Below are positions 1 through 13,510 of a stretch of 64,000 nucleotides of DNA, in pieces (position 1 is the first letter of the stretch; the number at the start of each line of letters is the position of its first letter). The notes beneath the pieces are model-generated. The model saw only the letters and a program-made list of their open reading frames with translations. It did no database searches and was not told the DNA's origin. The DNA lies in the NCBI GenBank assembly GCA_030390025.1, contig CM059439.1, positions 68,572,001-68,636,000 on the forward strand, given 5' to 3'. Both the position numbers and the translations under genes were made by a program. This DNA is from Squalus acanthias. Taxonomy: Eukaryota.

Positions 1-1078
1 TTGCATGAGTTTTTTTTCTGGTTTAGATTTGCTATTAAAAGACTAGAAATGTCATTAATATCTCATTCTGTGTAAATGACTAATAATATCCAGGTTTATC
101 TGTGAGATTTGTTACATGACTAGTTCCCTGTTTGGGCCAGGTGCTGAGTGGAGGCCAAGTACGTCTCCACAGGGAGGCGAAATGTGAATGAGCGTCATGC
201 AGGGATGCTCTTGCGCATGCTGCTGAATGACATTGGCAGAAACCCTGGAGCAAGTTGCTTAACCTTCCCCTTCATGGAGGGGTGCACGGTGTAAAGGATG
301 AGTTTAAGAGAGTGAAAATCCCTTGGCCTAAAAGGGAAAGTTGCTCAAGATTGTTCCCCTCCCACCACTATCTGTCAGATTTCAGGTTATCTTTGGACAG
401 TGCTGCTGTAGTTTTATTGATGACTTACTTCAAAGGTATAGCCCATGATGGCCATTATGGACTCTGGTTTCATGCAGTACTGTTGATTTAAGGGTACAGA
501 AACAAGAAAGCAATATGCTAGCTTGATGATTGTTCAATCAAACTTTACTTTCAAGAAATGAATCTAAAATGCTGGTCGATGCTTGAATTCACATTATAAA
601 GAAATAAAAATCAGTATTGAAAACCTATAAATTGCTCAAAAAAATTAAGCTAAACCTATTTTTCTCTTTGCCTTCACCCAAAAGTCGTTAAGCTTTCATA
701 GTTGCACTTCAAGGGGGGGAAAAAGTATTTTAACAAAAGAAAGCAAGGTAGATAAATAATAGCTGGAAGTTAAAAGTACATTTTTGATATTCAATTATTA
801 ATCCAATATTAGACATTAGGTTTGATCATTTTAAGAAATGCATAGATATGGTAACTTCGCAGTAATCTATTTAATGTCCTTGATGAATCAACTGGCTCCG
901 CCAGATTACTTGAAATTATTATGAAGGATACCATCTTTAATCCATGGTGAAAATAACTGGTTTCAATATGTGGTAGCAACTTTAAAGAAAACCTGTTATG
1001 ACTGTTCAGATTTCATATTGAGAAATTTGTATCGCATTTAAAAGGAATGCTGTATCAAACCCTTTTTTTTTCTTCAAG

Positions 1079-1135
1079 GCTAAGAACCAGGCTAAGATGG
1101 GGATCAAAGAAGTGAAGAGCATGTTAAAGCAGAAG
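1079..1135 (+). CDS. DENND1B: DENND1B (connecdenn 2) internal coding exon, AKNQAKMGIKEVKSMLKQK
   Basis: Polypyrimidine tract + AG at 1077-1078, GT at 1136; 57 nt, phase 0/0. Peptide resembles the post-DENN segment of DENND1 proteins (AKxHAKxGxKEVKxxLKxK). Confidence 0.9.
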
Positions 1136-1766
1136 GTACATAACATATCTGACTTCATTGATATTGTATTCTTTGAAATATCTAAAACAAGAAAGTTACA
1201 AGAGACATTGTCTGTTAATGATTTGTGAAATTTGCTTAGTCCTTTGTTCAATAACATACATTTTTCATAACTGACCCTCGGGCTATCTTGATCTGTTATT
1301 GTTTCATGCTGAGATTGAATGAGCCCCTTTTTTTTGTTTGCATATTTTATTACAGAAATATTGATGTCCCAAATGTTGCTTGGAACAAAATGTGTATTTT
1401 GATGAAGTTGATTGTTTTGATAGCACAGTTGAAGCCTTAATTGTCTAATTGGTACTGAAATCGTGGTGAAAAATCATATAAAATTTGTGAGAGCCTACCA
1501 GAAGACTAAAAATGTTAAACCAATTTCTGTTGGCAACAAAGTGCATGATTTTTTTTCCCCTTTGTAGATTAAATGCAAATTTACTGATTTTGTGTCCCTA
1601 AACCCATCTCCAAGTTTGTATTGAGGAAAAATGTTTTTCTTTGGGCGGGGGGGGGGGTGGGGGGGTAGGAAGTGCAGAAAATAGTTTTTAGTCGCCAAAT
1701 ATTTTGTCTTTCTCAAGTCTCAGAGTTAAGTTGAACTGCTACTACTAGATTTTAATTTTTGTGCAG

Positions 1767-1880
1767 GAAACAAATGAAGATGATGACTCACATTGTAGTG
1801 GCGATCTGTCTCCAAACCGGCAAAGGCGAGCGAACTCTGATCTTTTACACAACCAGTTTCCAGCCACTAAACGTAAACGG
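1767..1880 (+). CDS. DENND1B: DENND1B internal coding exon, ETNEDDDSHCSGDLSPNRQRRANSDLLHNQFPATKRKR
   Basis: tttttgtgcag acceptor, CGG|gtaaga donor; 114 nt, phase 0/0, in frame with the preceding exon. Confidence 0.8.
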
Positions 1881-2164
1881 GTAAGAAAAGGAATTGGACT
1901 CGTTCTTCAATGGTATTCATATTATTTGTATTCAAGCTGCTGCTGCACCAATTGCCCATACTTTGTTTTTATTCTGTTTAGTTATGAAAGTCTTTGCTCA
2001 TCATTTTTATGGAATTAGTTATCGTTAATGCTGCCGTAATGGCGGTGCCTTCCATTTCACATAGTTTATCTAACAAATGAACATGCGGCACTCTTTCTAA
2101 TAAATGGATGCATTAGTGAGGAATATTTAAATTTACAGCATTGGGTTAGGTGAATCACGAACAT

Positions 2165-2917
2165 TGGGCCAGATTCGCCGCTCGTTATACTTACACTTGT
2201 CATACACTTTCTATGCGGTTTTGCACTGGAATTTTCTGTAAATTAGAGAGCCAAAAAGTGCGGTGCCCTCTACAGAGCATCTGGGATTTGTGTGAACAGG
2301 GCAAACATCTGTGTATCTCATTAACCAATTGGATTGAAGAATCATGACTGAGCAGCGCAGAGTCTGAACCAGGAAGAGTCCATTAGAATATTTAATTCAA
2401 TGTCAAATCAGGTGCAGAAAACGAAATAAAGAGAGGGAAAGAAAGACTGGATTAAGAGAGAGAGATAAGAGACAAAGAATTTTTTTTTAATTCAATTTTT
2501 TAATTTTTTAATCTCCAACAATAATTAAAATTTGAAGGAATGAGACACCACACTTATAAAAATTAATTTTCAGTGCCAGACAGGTTGTTTGGCAGTAATT
2601 AAGAATTACTAAGCCATTAAAAGGGTACTTAAACTGCAATGGACAAGCCCGAACTCTTTCAGCCAAGTTTAGTCCGTATCGATGAGAGGGTAAATACAGC
2701 AGCTTCGTGTCGATCAATACATTTGAATGGGGAGCCAGACAGCGAGACGCCATTTTTGGGAAACTTTTGGAGGAACGTCGCATCTCGGACAGCAACTTCC
2801 GGATTTCCACGTTTAACTCCACATGTGCGGTCACCAGAAGTTGCTGTCCGATTGCCACATAAGTAACGGTGAGTACTGTTAGCCTCACTGTTATTTCTAC
2901 AGCAAAAATCCGGCCCA
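2165..2917. mobile_element. MITE-like non-autonomous DNA transposon (probably PIF/Harbinger type)
   Basis: Imperfect terminal inverted repeats tgggccagatt... / ...aatccggccca; CpG-rich interior with an AT-rich core. Confidence 0.55.
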
Positions 2918-3364
2918 TTATGTTGAACTGAAATAAGCAATTGAGACAATAGGAAAGTAGATATCAGTGCTTTGTTTGAAGCTGACTTTATATTGGCACT
3001 GTTTTAATTTGATTTTGGAAGCGGACAGGCTTGTAGTGTTTACTCTGCTACACCTGGTTCCCTTATCCTGGCAATGGACAGGTAAATCCAGTTTTTCATT
3101 GCTCAGTGAGTCTGCCACCAGGATAAGGGAGCTGTATTTAGTAGTGTAAACACTGGGTTAGGTTCACAGTCACTGGTCTGCCAGAATCTCAATTAAACGG
3201 TGCCAATATAAAAGCATGCTTTAATTTAACATCATAAAACCTATTTGCATACCCCGAAATCTCTCATTGGAGCACAGTGTGCTGATGCAAAAAGCATTTT
3301 GAACAGTTGCTCTGACCTTGCACTGCTATTTTAGTTGCTTCTTTCTCTCCCTTAAATAAACGTC

Positions 3365-3800
3365 AGGTTGACTCAGTCATACCACTCTCTCCTCTGAGTT
3401 GGAAGGTCACAGGCCAAGCCCCACTCCGGGATTCGCGCACGTAATCTGGTCTGATACAGAAGTACAATACTGAAGGGCTGCTGCATTGCAGGAGGTACTG
3501 TTTTTAAACTGAGGCCCTGTCTGGCTGTTCAGGTGAATGTAAAAGATCTTGTGGCACTTGTTTGACGAAGGGCAGAGAGGTCTGGTGTCGTGGCCAGCAA
3601 TCACCCCTCAACCAACATCACCAAGACAGGTTAACTGGTCATTTATTCCATTCATTGTGGGATCTTGCTGTATCCAAAATTGACTCCATGTTTGTCCATA
3701 AAACAACATGATTGCGTTTTTTTTTTAAAGTAATGAATTAACTGTGAAGCACTTTGGGATGTCCAGAGGTCATGAAAGGTATTCTCTGAAGCTTGTTCTT
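3365..3800 (+). mobile_element. SacSINE1/DeuSINE-like SINE with L2-type tail
   Basis: tRNA-like head, Deu-domain-like core (gaggccctgtctggctgttcaggtgaatgtaaaagatc...cccctcaaccaacatcacc...ctggtcatt), tail gtgaagcactttgggatgtcc. Confidence 0.65.
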
Positions 3801-3934
3801 TATCTTCTTCCAACTCTTTCCCCCCCCTCCCCGCCGCACCTAATTTCCTGAGAGTGGGGTGCTTCGATTACATTGTCACATTTCTATGCTAAACATATTT
3901 GTAGAAACAGATAGGACATTTCCTGTTGAGAAAC

Positions 3935-4270
3935 TGGTTAGATGCTGAGAGGTTGTTTCCCCTAGCTGGAGAGCCTAGAACTGGGGGGTATAGTCTCAGG
4001 ATAAGGGGTCGGCCATTTAAGGAGGAATTACTTGACTCAGAGGGTTGTGAATCTTTGGAATTCTCTACCCCAAAGGGCTGTGGATGCTGAGTCGTTGAGG
4101 CTTAACGGCTGAGATAGATAGATTTTTTGACTCTAATGGAATCAAGGGATATGGGGGTCGGGCAGGGAGGTGGCGTTGAGGTTGAAGATCAGCCATGATC
4201 TTATTGAATGGCAGAGCAGGCTCAAGGGGCCGTATGGTCTACTCCTGCTCCAAATTCTTATGTTCTTATG
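3935..4270 (+). mobile_element. CR1 (HER1-like) LINE 3' fragment
   Basis: WNSLP-coding segment, gatcagccatgatc...ctactcctgctcc 3' end, (ttcttatg)n tail. Confidence 0.85.
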
Positions 4271-7200
4271 AGAAGGGGCTAATGCTTCATTTTACTCCTG
4301 CTGACCCTTAAATACTGCATTCAAGTGTTGTAAAATCAGAACATTTGTAATTGTTGGTCAGGCATCAATATTCAAATTTGTGTCATTATGAAGTTCTGAC
4401 AAAATGGATTGCAAATGCTTATGAAGAGCTATTGTTGCCACCTACTTGACAGGCAGCTTACAGAGTCCATGTAACCACGGGTGATAGATTGGTTTGCATG
4501 TGTGTGGGAGGTGGGCAGAGTAATACATTTCAGAGCATCATCTGTGATTGCCAGAAAATATTACCGGGCCTATGTAAACAGATGGTAAGCATCTCTGTTT
4601 ACAAACATTAAACGAAGACTTTCATCTTTAAAATTTCAAGTTCACGTCCAAATACATTTCCCTGCCAACTGCTTTGAGCAGTGTTGCTGTTTTGTAGAAA
4701 ACTACCTTGTTCCATGGTGTTTTCCAGCCTCAGGTGAAGATCATTATTTTTTATTTGTGCAATGGCTTTTGAGAAAGATGATGTAATTATAGTTAACTTG
4801 TACATTGTGCCCATGCTATAAAACCCTTTTGCAGAATCCTGATTCATAAAACATACTACACAATAGCCGCAGGGTTCCATAATACAATGATAGAGCATTA
4901 AATGGTTGCAGTGAGATCACCCTTGCCAGAATTAATTCCATGAAGGAATACCAATGGCAGCCGCACAACAGAAGTAACCAAATGGTTTCCTCCATCACAG
5001 AACATCTCGTGTTGAAATAGTTAGCAGAAGTTTCTGTCTGGTGGTAATCTTTTGTGTAAAAATATTAAACGCATTTGAGGTCCCTTTTAGTATATAATGA
5101 AGCAAATTTGAATTGCACTTCTTAGCCTGAGCCCCATAATTTTGCACGTATGGATATTTACAATACTGCTTTTCAGTGGTGTGGCTTTAAATTATATATC
5201 ATTTAGGTTCACTAAAATAGGCTAACCGTAAAAGAGGAGCAAAAGGGCAATTTTTTTTTTTAAGAAGTGCAAACAATTCAGGCAGGAACACTAAAATCCA
5301 GCATCTTGTAGAAAGTGAATAAAGGGTCTTGATACATATCGACAATACAACTGGCCAGCATTTCCTTCGCAATACCGCAATTGTCTTTACTGAAAAAATA
5401 TATTTTCGTTTTTAGTTGTCCCTTTTTAAAGTTTCATTCTAAACATTGTGCCAGTTTTGCAATACTTATCAAACAATGTTACCACCATTTACTGGTCAGT
5501 TATATTTTACACAAAAGTAGCACTTCCATTGCCACAAAAGGAGCCAAAGCTTGTAAGTTACTGGGAGTGATGGTAACGTCTAACTGCTTAATGTGTTTGT
5601 ATGAAGTTTCTATCTCTGCTGTTCTAACAGAGGCATTAACCCCTTTTATTTTGAACTGGTTAATGCCTTAATAAAGCAGAGAGAAGAATTTTATTGCAAA
5701 AATGCTGAACATTTGTATGATGGAACATCGCTCTCAGTAATTTCTAGACTCCTGTTTCACAATGCCATTAATATTTCATAACATTTTCAAAATCGGATGA
5801 CTTCCTAGGGATGTAAAAAACTATAGATTTCATTTTGATTGGAATCTAGAATAAACTTCTTTGCATGCTAAATATTTTAGTGTTTAGTCATTTTTCTAGT
5901 AAGATTTTTCTTTCGTTCTCGAAATGGATTGTGAACTTCACAGTTTCAAGTTAATAAACCTTTCAAAAGAAATAATTTTAATAAAGCTGCAATTATGGCA
6001 CGGTAAAGTTATGCAATTTGTAATAAAATTAGAAAATGCTCTGATTGTTGGCCTGAATGCTGGGCAGTGGTGACATGTAGAAAATGTCTATTTTTAGCTG
6101 AATAAGTGATTAAACTTAAGTTGCTTGTAATTATGGATTATTTGCCAAAAACCTTGTGGTCTATTTTGGCAACAAAAATGAGTGACATTTTATGCTTAAA
6201 TGGTTCATCGTACTCTATTGTGTTGTATTGTGCTTTAGATCTCACTGATTGGCAGAATTTTAAATAAATGGACTGTCACTTTGTAACTGGGGGAAATGTC
6301 AATAGCTTTCTTTGAGGCTGCAGATTTGGAGAAAGATTTGGCTGTCTGTTAAGTTTTATTATTGCTTTACAAAAGAATACAACTGCTTTTCAAAACTACA
6401 GAAATTAAAATGAATTCTGCCTGCTATCTCTTTTAACATATTCAGTCTTGCATAACATTTTAATTATCTGCCAAAAAGTTGTTGGTTTTGTTCATACAGC
6501 TCACATTCTTAATGGACTGCCGGTGTCATCCTTGGTGACAGTTGCCATGAGTTTTGTGACACTTCAAACGTAGACCATGCATAAGGTCTGTTTGAATGAT
6601 TCTTGATAGTTATTAAAGGAATATATTCTCTAATTGCACAATGGCATTGCTCAGTAATGCTAATTTTTTTTTAATCCTCTAAATTTTTTGATTATTTTTA
6701 AACATCAAAATGGATTCTTAAAATTCCACAACGCCTGTTTGGTGCCACAAATTTTGCATAATATTCCAGGTCTATGGAGGCTGACAGTACTGAGGCATGA
6801 ATACCTGATATAGAGTACCTATCCTGATGCTCACAATAATGCCTCCACTCTCCCACTATTCACTGCATCAAATGGATTATCTTTCAGTTACAGATGGATT
6901 TCGAGAGCCATTTCATAAATTGTTTATTAAACAAAAATGTGCCCTTTACAATGTTGCCAGCACTTGCAATTTCATTAACTATTGATTTTGCACTATTGCT
7001 TTATTTTGTGTGAATATTTATCTCACAATAATGCAAAAAAATAAGAATTCTCAACAAAATCATACGTGTTGGCCTAGTTTCCTTAGTTGGCAAAATGTAG
7101 AGGTGATTTTCCTCCAAAATTGACTAATTTTAGAGGAAACCCTGGTCTTGTGGTTCCTCAAACTACTTTGGGAAGCGGTTGATGGCTGGGATACTCCACA

Positions 7201-8894
7201 CTATATAGACGGCAGCATGAGGTGCTGGGAGCACTGTCTGCTGTGATTTCTTGCTTTAGTGATGGTAGCTTCCATAGATGTGGTAAAATGCAGGAAAAAG
7301 GGCAATCAGTGGGCCAGTCATGTGAGTATTTGTCTCTTGAAAATCTGTGTGCTAAGTAATTATAATACAGAGAAGGAATAGAGACTCGTCTTTGTCTTAT
7401 TGTGAATTATCAGGTTAAATGGTATTCTTTTCCCTCTCTCCGTTCATGTACTTTTTCTCTGAGTGCAGCTAAGTTTCGGACATCAACACTATAATCAAGA
7501 ACATAGCTGTAATAATCTGACGGAGGATGAAAGCCCTGTGGAAATATTGCTCTTTTAATTAGCAATATTTTCTGTCCTACCAATATGCAAGTTAGCTTTG
7601 TGAAATTTCAGTTCATGCAAAACCAAGTACAGATGTGCTACAAATATCAAAGAATTTTCTTAATCTGAAATTAAGTTACATTTGAAGTCACTAAGATGAG
7701 ATTGTGTGCAGGTCTGTTATTCATGAAATTGAGTGCTGCAACCACCATTCTCTGTATAACTAATCTCTGCCATCTTGTGGTCAAATGCATTATTTTCAAT
7801 ATGGATGTAGAATGAAACTCGTAGATGAGTTTTTTAAAGACGAAATAAAATGGTATTTCTGGAGCAGTAAGCAATAAGAGCCTGGAACCCAGGCATATAC
7901 CTATGTTGTATCTTTTTGTAGACAACATTGTATTGCTATACTTGTCGTAATGCCCAGCAATGGGGAGAATATTGGAGCTACTGATTGTGGTTGCTGGAAA
8001 TCTCAATTGAAGGCTGAAGTTATGCTGCCAATTTTTTTTGTCATTGCAAAATGGTTTTAGATGCACATCAATGAGAAAATGGCAGCATAACTCAAGAGTT
8101 GCATCACAGTCTGCTTCCCGAGTGCCCCAAAGCCACCAAGTGTGAGGGGCCCCCTCCAGCGGGCCATCTCACACAGCTTGGGATTCACGCGCTGTTTTGT
8201 GTAGCTCCATCCAGACGTGAAGCCACATTTAAAAAGTGCTCTGTCAGTCCATTGGAACCCCTGAGAAATTTAGAAACCTTAGCACCGAGTTTTTTTTTAA
8301 TGTGATGAGCAAGCAGACATTGCTGCCCGTGCCCTTTTGTTACAAAATAACTGCCGGGGGATGGCATCTATCAAGATGAAGTAGTATGCTGGCTACTAAA
8401 AGTACTGCACCGGCAGCAGTTCAATAAAGAAACCGTTTCAGAATAGCTCCCACTGACGTAATGTTATGACATGACATCACATGCGTTGCCGTCATGATTT
8501 AACGTATTTTATTGCCATGGACATTCTGTGTGTCGGGACATCATTTGTTGATGAAATCATGACCCTGTGTGCCACTGCACTTTGCCGTCGGTTCAGAGAG
8601 ACCCTGCCAGCATGTCTGCAGTGCAAATTCAGGATAGTGCCACTCTTAGACCCAGTCTGTAGTATAAAAGGATCTTTTATGTAATAATGTTCAGATTGTT
8701 CATGTATATAGCGATCCTTTTCATCAGCTGCTTTTTTAATTTACAAAAGCAAAACTCTACCATAGTCTTGTGGACATAGCTCAGAATTTGAACTCTGATT
8801 TGCTTTACCTGATTAACTCTAAGGTAAGTAACAGAGAAATTCTGTAAAGTGTCTTGGGCACCTTTTGACATGGATGTTAATAATCGAGTTTGGT

Positions 8895-9318
8895 GTCTAA
8901 ATTATGAGGATCGGTTGCATAGACTAGGCTTGTATTCCCTTGAGTATAGAAGATTAAGGGATCATCTAATTGAGGTGTTTAAGATGATTAAAGGATTTGA
9001 TAGGGTAGATAGAGAGAAACTATTTCCACTGGTGGGGGAGTTCAGAGCAAGGGGGCATCACGTTCAAATTGGAGCTAGACCATTCAGGGGTGACGTCAGG
9101 AAGCACGTGTTCACACAAAGGGTAGTAGAAATCTGGAACTCTCTCCCCAAGAAAGCTCTTGAGGCTGAGTCAGTTGAAAATTTCAAAACGGGGATCGATA
9201 GATTTTTATTAGGCAAGGGTAATAAGGGATATGAAACTATGGCGGGTAGATGGATTTAAGATACAGATCAGTCATGATCTAATTGGATGGCAGAACAGGC
9301 TCGACGTTCTGAATGGCA
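8895..9318 (+). mobile_element. CR1 LINE 3' fragment
   Basis: ORF 8849..9259 encodes YEDRLHRLGLYSLEYRRLRDHLIEVFK..WNSLP, the CR1 ORF2 C-terminus. Confidence 0.9.
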
Positions 9319-12300
9319 TAATAAGATATATTATGCAAATGTTTTAAAGTAATTCATATTGCAATAAAACAAAATGACCACATTTCAAGAAGCAGTGGCA
9401 CGAGTGAATATTGGAATAGCATTTCTATTTTTCAAAAAATTATGGATTAAGAAATATTCAATTCATTTTCATTCTTCTTTAATTTTTTTAAATAGATTTG
9501 TGAATGGATCTGCATATTTTACCACCAAAAAAGTTTGCAGTTCTTAAAGGGTTAGCAGCAGGAAAAAAACTCCCAAAAACAGTTATGCAAATTCTGAAGT
9601 GCAAAAATCTACTCCCACTCATAGAAGACTGTCAAAATCTTTTATCTGACAGCATTACTTAAGTTGCTTTGAAATTTAATGAAATGTCAGAATTTTGCAG
9701 TATATGTATTCAAAAGCAATAATGAAAGGTGAAAAGTTGATAACGTGAGAATGGTTTCATTGTACCAGTCTTAAAACTTCAAAGTTACTTAACTCTTTGG
9801 CTTGACTTTTTCGCTACCATTTTATATAACATGAACAGCCAAAGGTTTATATATAGCAGTAGGACTAGTTAAACGGTTGAATAGATTGATGCATCAATAG
9901 GTAGATGGAATAAAATGTGATTTTGGAATTGGGGTAAATTCGAGATTTCCCATAGGCCCCCAATGCATGGTGAAATATACGTAAAGCTGGTAATGCCTTT
10001 TATCTGTGACTTGCTTGTTCCTACCCCAGTATATTTACTTTGTCTTTCTGAGCTCCTAGCAAACAATATGTTTGCAAGACTTGATATTTTCCTGCGGCTG
10101 CTATTTAGCTATTGATGCATTAAAGTTTAAATTCCATTTGTACAAAAATATAGCAAATATTTATTACAAGTTCTTAAAACATTTGGATGGGCCAACATTA
10201 AGAATTATTATAATTTGGTTTTGTTAAATGAATAGATTCGTCAGTGGGACCCACAGTGGGAGTGAAACCTAGTTTTGACCCTTAACTGTCAATTCTGCTT
10301 TTTTACCATTTTCTTTTTATCTTTTTCTTGAATTTTTGTCCTCCATCAGGATTAGGGACGTCAGTGCTGGGGAAAGTAACATTTTATCAACATCAAATAC
10401 TCCCAAGTCCAGTGTAGCCAATTTCAATTATAAATCTCCTTGGAATTTGCCTTAATAATGCGCTTTAACTTCATGGTTTAACTTGGAACCTTGATCACTC
10501 CATCTAAAGATTAAATGTATATTGCCATTTCCATACGACAAGTTGCTAATACTGTTTTTGGTGTTCTGATTTAGAAATTGTTCACCAATAAGGTAGCAGC
10601 ACTAAGAACATCCCTTTCTACACCTCCAGCCGCGCACAATTAAAACATGACCAACCCAACAAATAAGGAATATAATCCCATGTTGGACTCAGATTCCCAG
10701 GCTTTGAGGGCCAGGAGGTGCATTTTGGACGCCTTATTCTGTTCCCACCTGTATGAATATGTTCACTTCCTATTCCAAGTGACCTTGTGGTCCCTCTGAA
10801 TGAGATTACCAGTTTTGTGCTACAGGCCAGTACCTTCTAGGAGCGGTATTGAGACTGTTGAAACTTATTCATTGTAGAAGTGTTACAACTGCTAGAAAGT
10901 TTCCATAATCATTTTGTAAAAATGAATCTGTGCAGCAGAACCAAAGTTTGCTAAGAAATATATTGAGCTTGATATTGCCTCAGTTTCCATGATTGATTGA
11001 GGTGCACATGATAGTATGAAGGTTTTCCTTTTCTTTCTGATGTCTGACAGAAATTTTAAAGCTCATATTGACATTCAAGAAGCAGTGGGTACCTGGATTT
11101 GTCCATCAGCCATGCTCTGTCAGTAATAGGCCTGCAGCTCAGCACTGCTCACAGCAGCATAGCTTCCACAACACTATATTGAATGTCACACTCTCTTGGA
11201 ACACTGGACTGTGATCATCCAGAAAGAACCATGCTCTACACATTTCCATAGATGATTCAGACTTTTTGCTCTGGAAACATCGATATCTGAAAGCCGTGGG
11301 AGCTGAGCATGTTGCCATTGATTTTCTTGCAGAGGCCCTCTAGTGAAGCTGTTGACACTGATACAGTGCTCACTCATTTGTCCTTATTGGCAAGAAATGA
11401 AATCTTATAAAAACACAAGTTTTATTTTTCAAGGGATTTTTAATTACCTCACAGTGCAGCACTCCACGTGAAGCTGTTGCATTGTTTTGTTGTTTAAAGT
11501 AAAAGGAGTGTAAGCAGCTTGACATGATCTCATGACTGAAAATCAACATCTTCTGCACATACATGGCATAAAAGGATGCTTTCCTATTAGAAACAGCTTG
11601 GCTTACTCTCAGTAACACAGATAGCCCAATAAAAATGCAATTTCTGCATTTGACAACTTGTTTCCCTACTGCATGGAGCCCAAACCTATAACAGTCCTTT
11701 ATCTAAGGTTAACATTTATGTACGAACACCTAACTGTCATGTAGTAGCCATTTATTAATGGAAAGGACTCTGTTAAAAAAGAACAATTTTCTGGTACATT
11801 TTAGTTGTGCAGTGGCAATTAAATCTATTTTAAATCAATGAAATCTGAAATTGAACATATGAATCTGTATAAATTACACCAAACTCAAATATCCTAATTT
11901 TCATAAGAACCACAGCACTATTAAGCTGTGAATAAAAAAAAAATTGAAATGTTCAGCAACAGAGCAAATCAAAAATCACAATGCAAAATCAGAAATGTTT
12001 CCTGTGTCGCTAATTGGTTTTATCTCTAGTATTTAATGTTTTCTCTCTCTGATGAAACTAATTTCCAAATCAAGAAAAAGTTCTTAAAACAAAGCCCTCA
12101 TGGCTTTAAAGAACAGAAATCTGAAACATTTAGCAGTTTCCACGTGACTATTGGCCTTATTCATATTATGTGAAGGTGTTACTACAGGAGGCAATTGCTG
12201 CAGACAAATTAAAGAGTGGTTGTGTTTTCAAGAAGTTTCATGAGCAAACTTAATCTCCAGTGGTATCTGCCAGAAAGTGGATATTGGGCGAGAACAGGGT

Positions 12301-12427
12301 TGTGATAAACCCAGCAGTTGAATTGCTTGCTGACGCTCTCCACTGAGATTCACGCATAAAGAAGCTCCATTTTAGCAAGGTGTTTGAGGGCTGCCCATGC
12401 CCCTGAAACAGTATCCTCAACATACGC

Positions 12428-13097
12428 CAGAAGATGCACATGCACCCCACCCCACACACACCCCACCCCACCCCACACAGACCCAGAAGATGCACACACA
12501 CCCCACCCCACCCCACACAGACCCAGAAGATGCACACACACCCCACCCCACCCCACACAGACCCAGAAGATACACACACCCCACCCCACACAGACCCAGA
12601 AGATGCACACACACCCCACCCCACCCCACACAGACCCAGAAGATGCACACACCCCACCCCACACAGACCTAGAAGATGCACACACACCCCACCCCACCCC
12701 ACACAGACCCAGAAGATGCACACACACCCCACCCCACCCCACACAGACCCAGAAGATGCACACACACCCCACCCCACCCCACACAGACCCAGAAGATGCA
12801 CACACACCCCACCCAGACCCAGAAGATACACACACACCCCACCCAGACCCAGAAGATACACACACACCCCACCCCACACAGACCCAGAGGATGCACACAC
12901 ACCCCACCCCACACAGACCCAGAGGATGCACACACACCCCACCCCACACACACCCAGAAGATGCACACACCCCACCCCACACAGACCCAGAAGATGCACA
13001 CGCACCCCACCCCACACAGACCCAGAAGATGCACACGCACCCCACCCCACACAGACCCAGAAGATGTGCGTGCACACACCCCACCCCACCCCACACG
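12428..13097. repeat. CA/CCCCA-rich minisatellite, unit ~30-41 bp (cagaagatgcacacacaccccaccccaccccacacagacc)
   Basis: Directly visible tandem array with variable numbers of CA and CCCCA subunits. Confidence 0.95.
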
Positions 13098-13409
13098 GTG
13101 CTGTTGTCCGTCATCTGACAGTGTCTTCAGGGACCAGTTCCACTGTACAAGTACTGAACTTGGCACATCAGTTTTGTTGTTGTATCTTCTTCCAAACTTA
13201 TGTTCTTAGCATTGTTGCAGTTGATTAGGTGCTGATCATAATCTCAGCTGGTTCTTCAAGATTGTTGGGAAAAAATTTACAGTACATTCAATGACCATTT
13301 TGAAAATAAGGACGCCTGCAAAAAAAATGGACAGCTAATGCCAGTCCCTAATGTGTTTATAATTTACAGGTTTCACAGTTTCCAATTCATGCAATTTTAG
13401 ACCATTTGA

Positions 13410-13510
13410 AACATAAGAAATAGGAGCAGGAGTAAGCCATATGGCCCCTCGAGCCTGCTCCTCCACCATTCAACCATTTTCCCGCCCTATCCCCATATCG
13501 CTTGATTCCG
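13410..13510 (-). mobile_element. CR1 3' tail fragment
   Basis: acataagaaataggagcaggagtaagccatatggcccctcgagcctgctc, the same tail as other CR1 copies. Confidence 0.75.

Noticed and set aside
12428-13097. CRISPR-like array
   Set aside because: Eukaryotic context; no unique spacers, just tandem units.
12250-13228. Long overlapping ORFs (up to 279 aa) on both strands
   Set aside because: Translations of the minisatellite: low complexity, no splice context.
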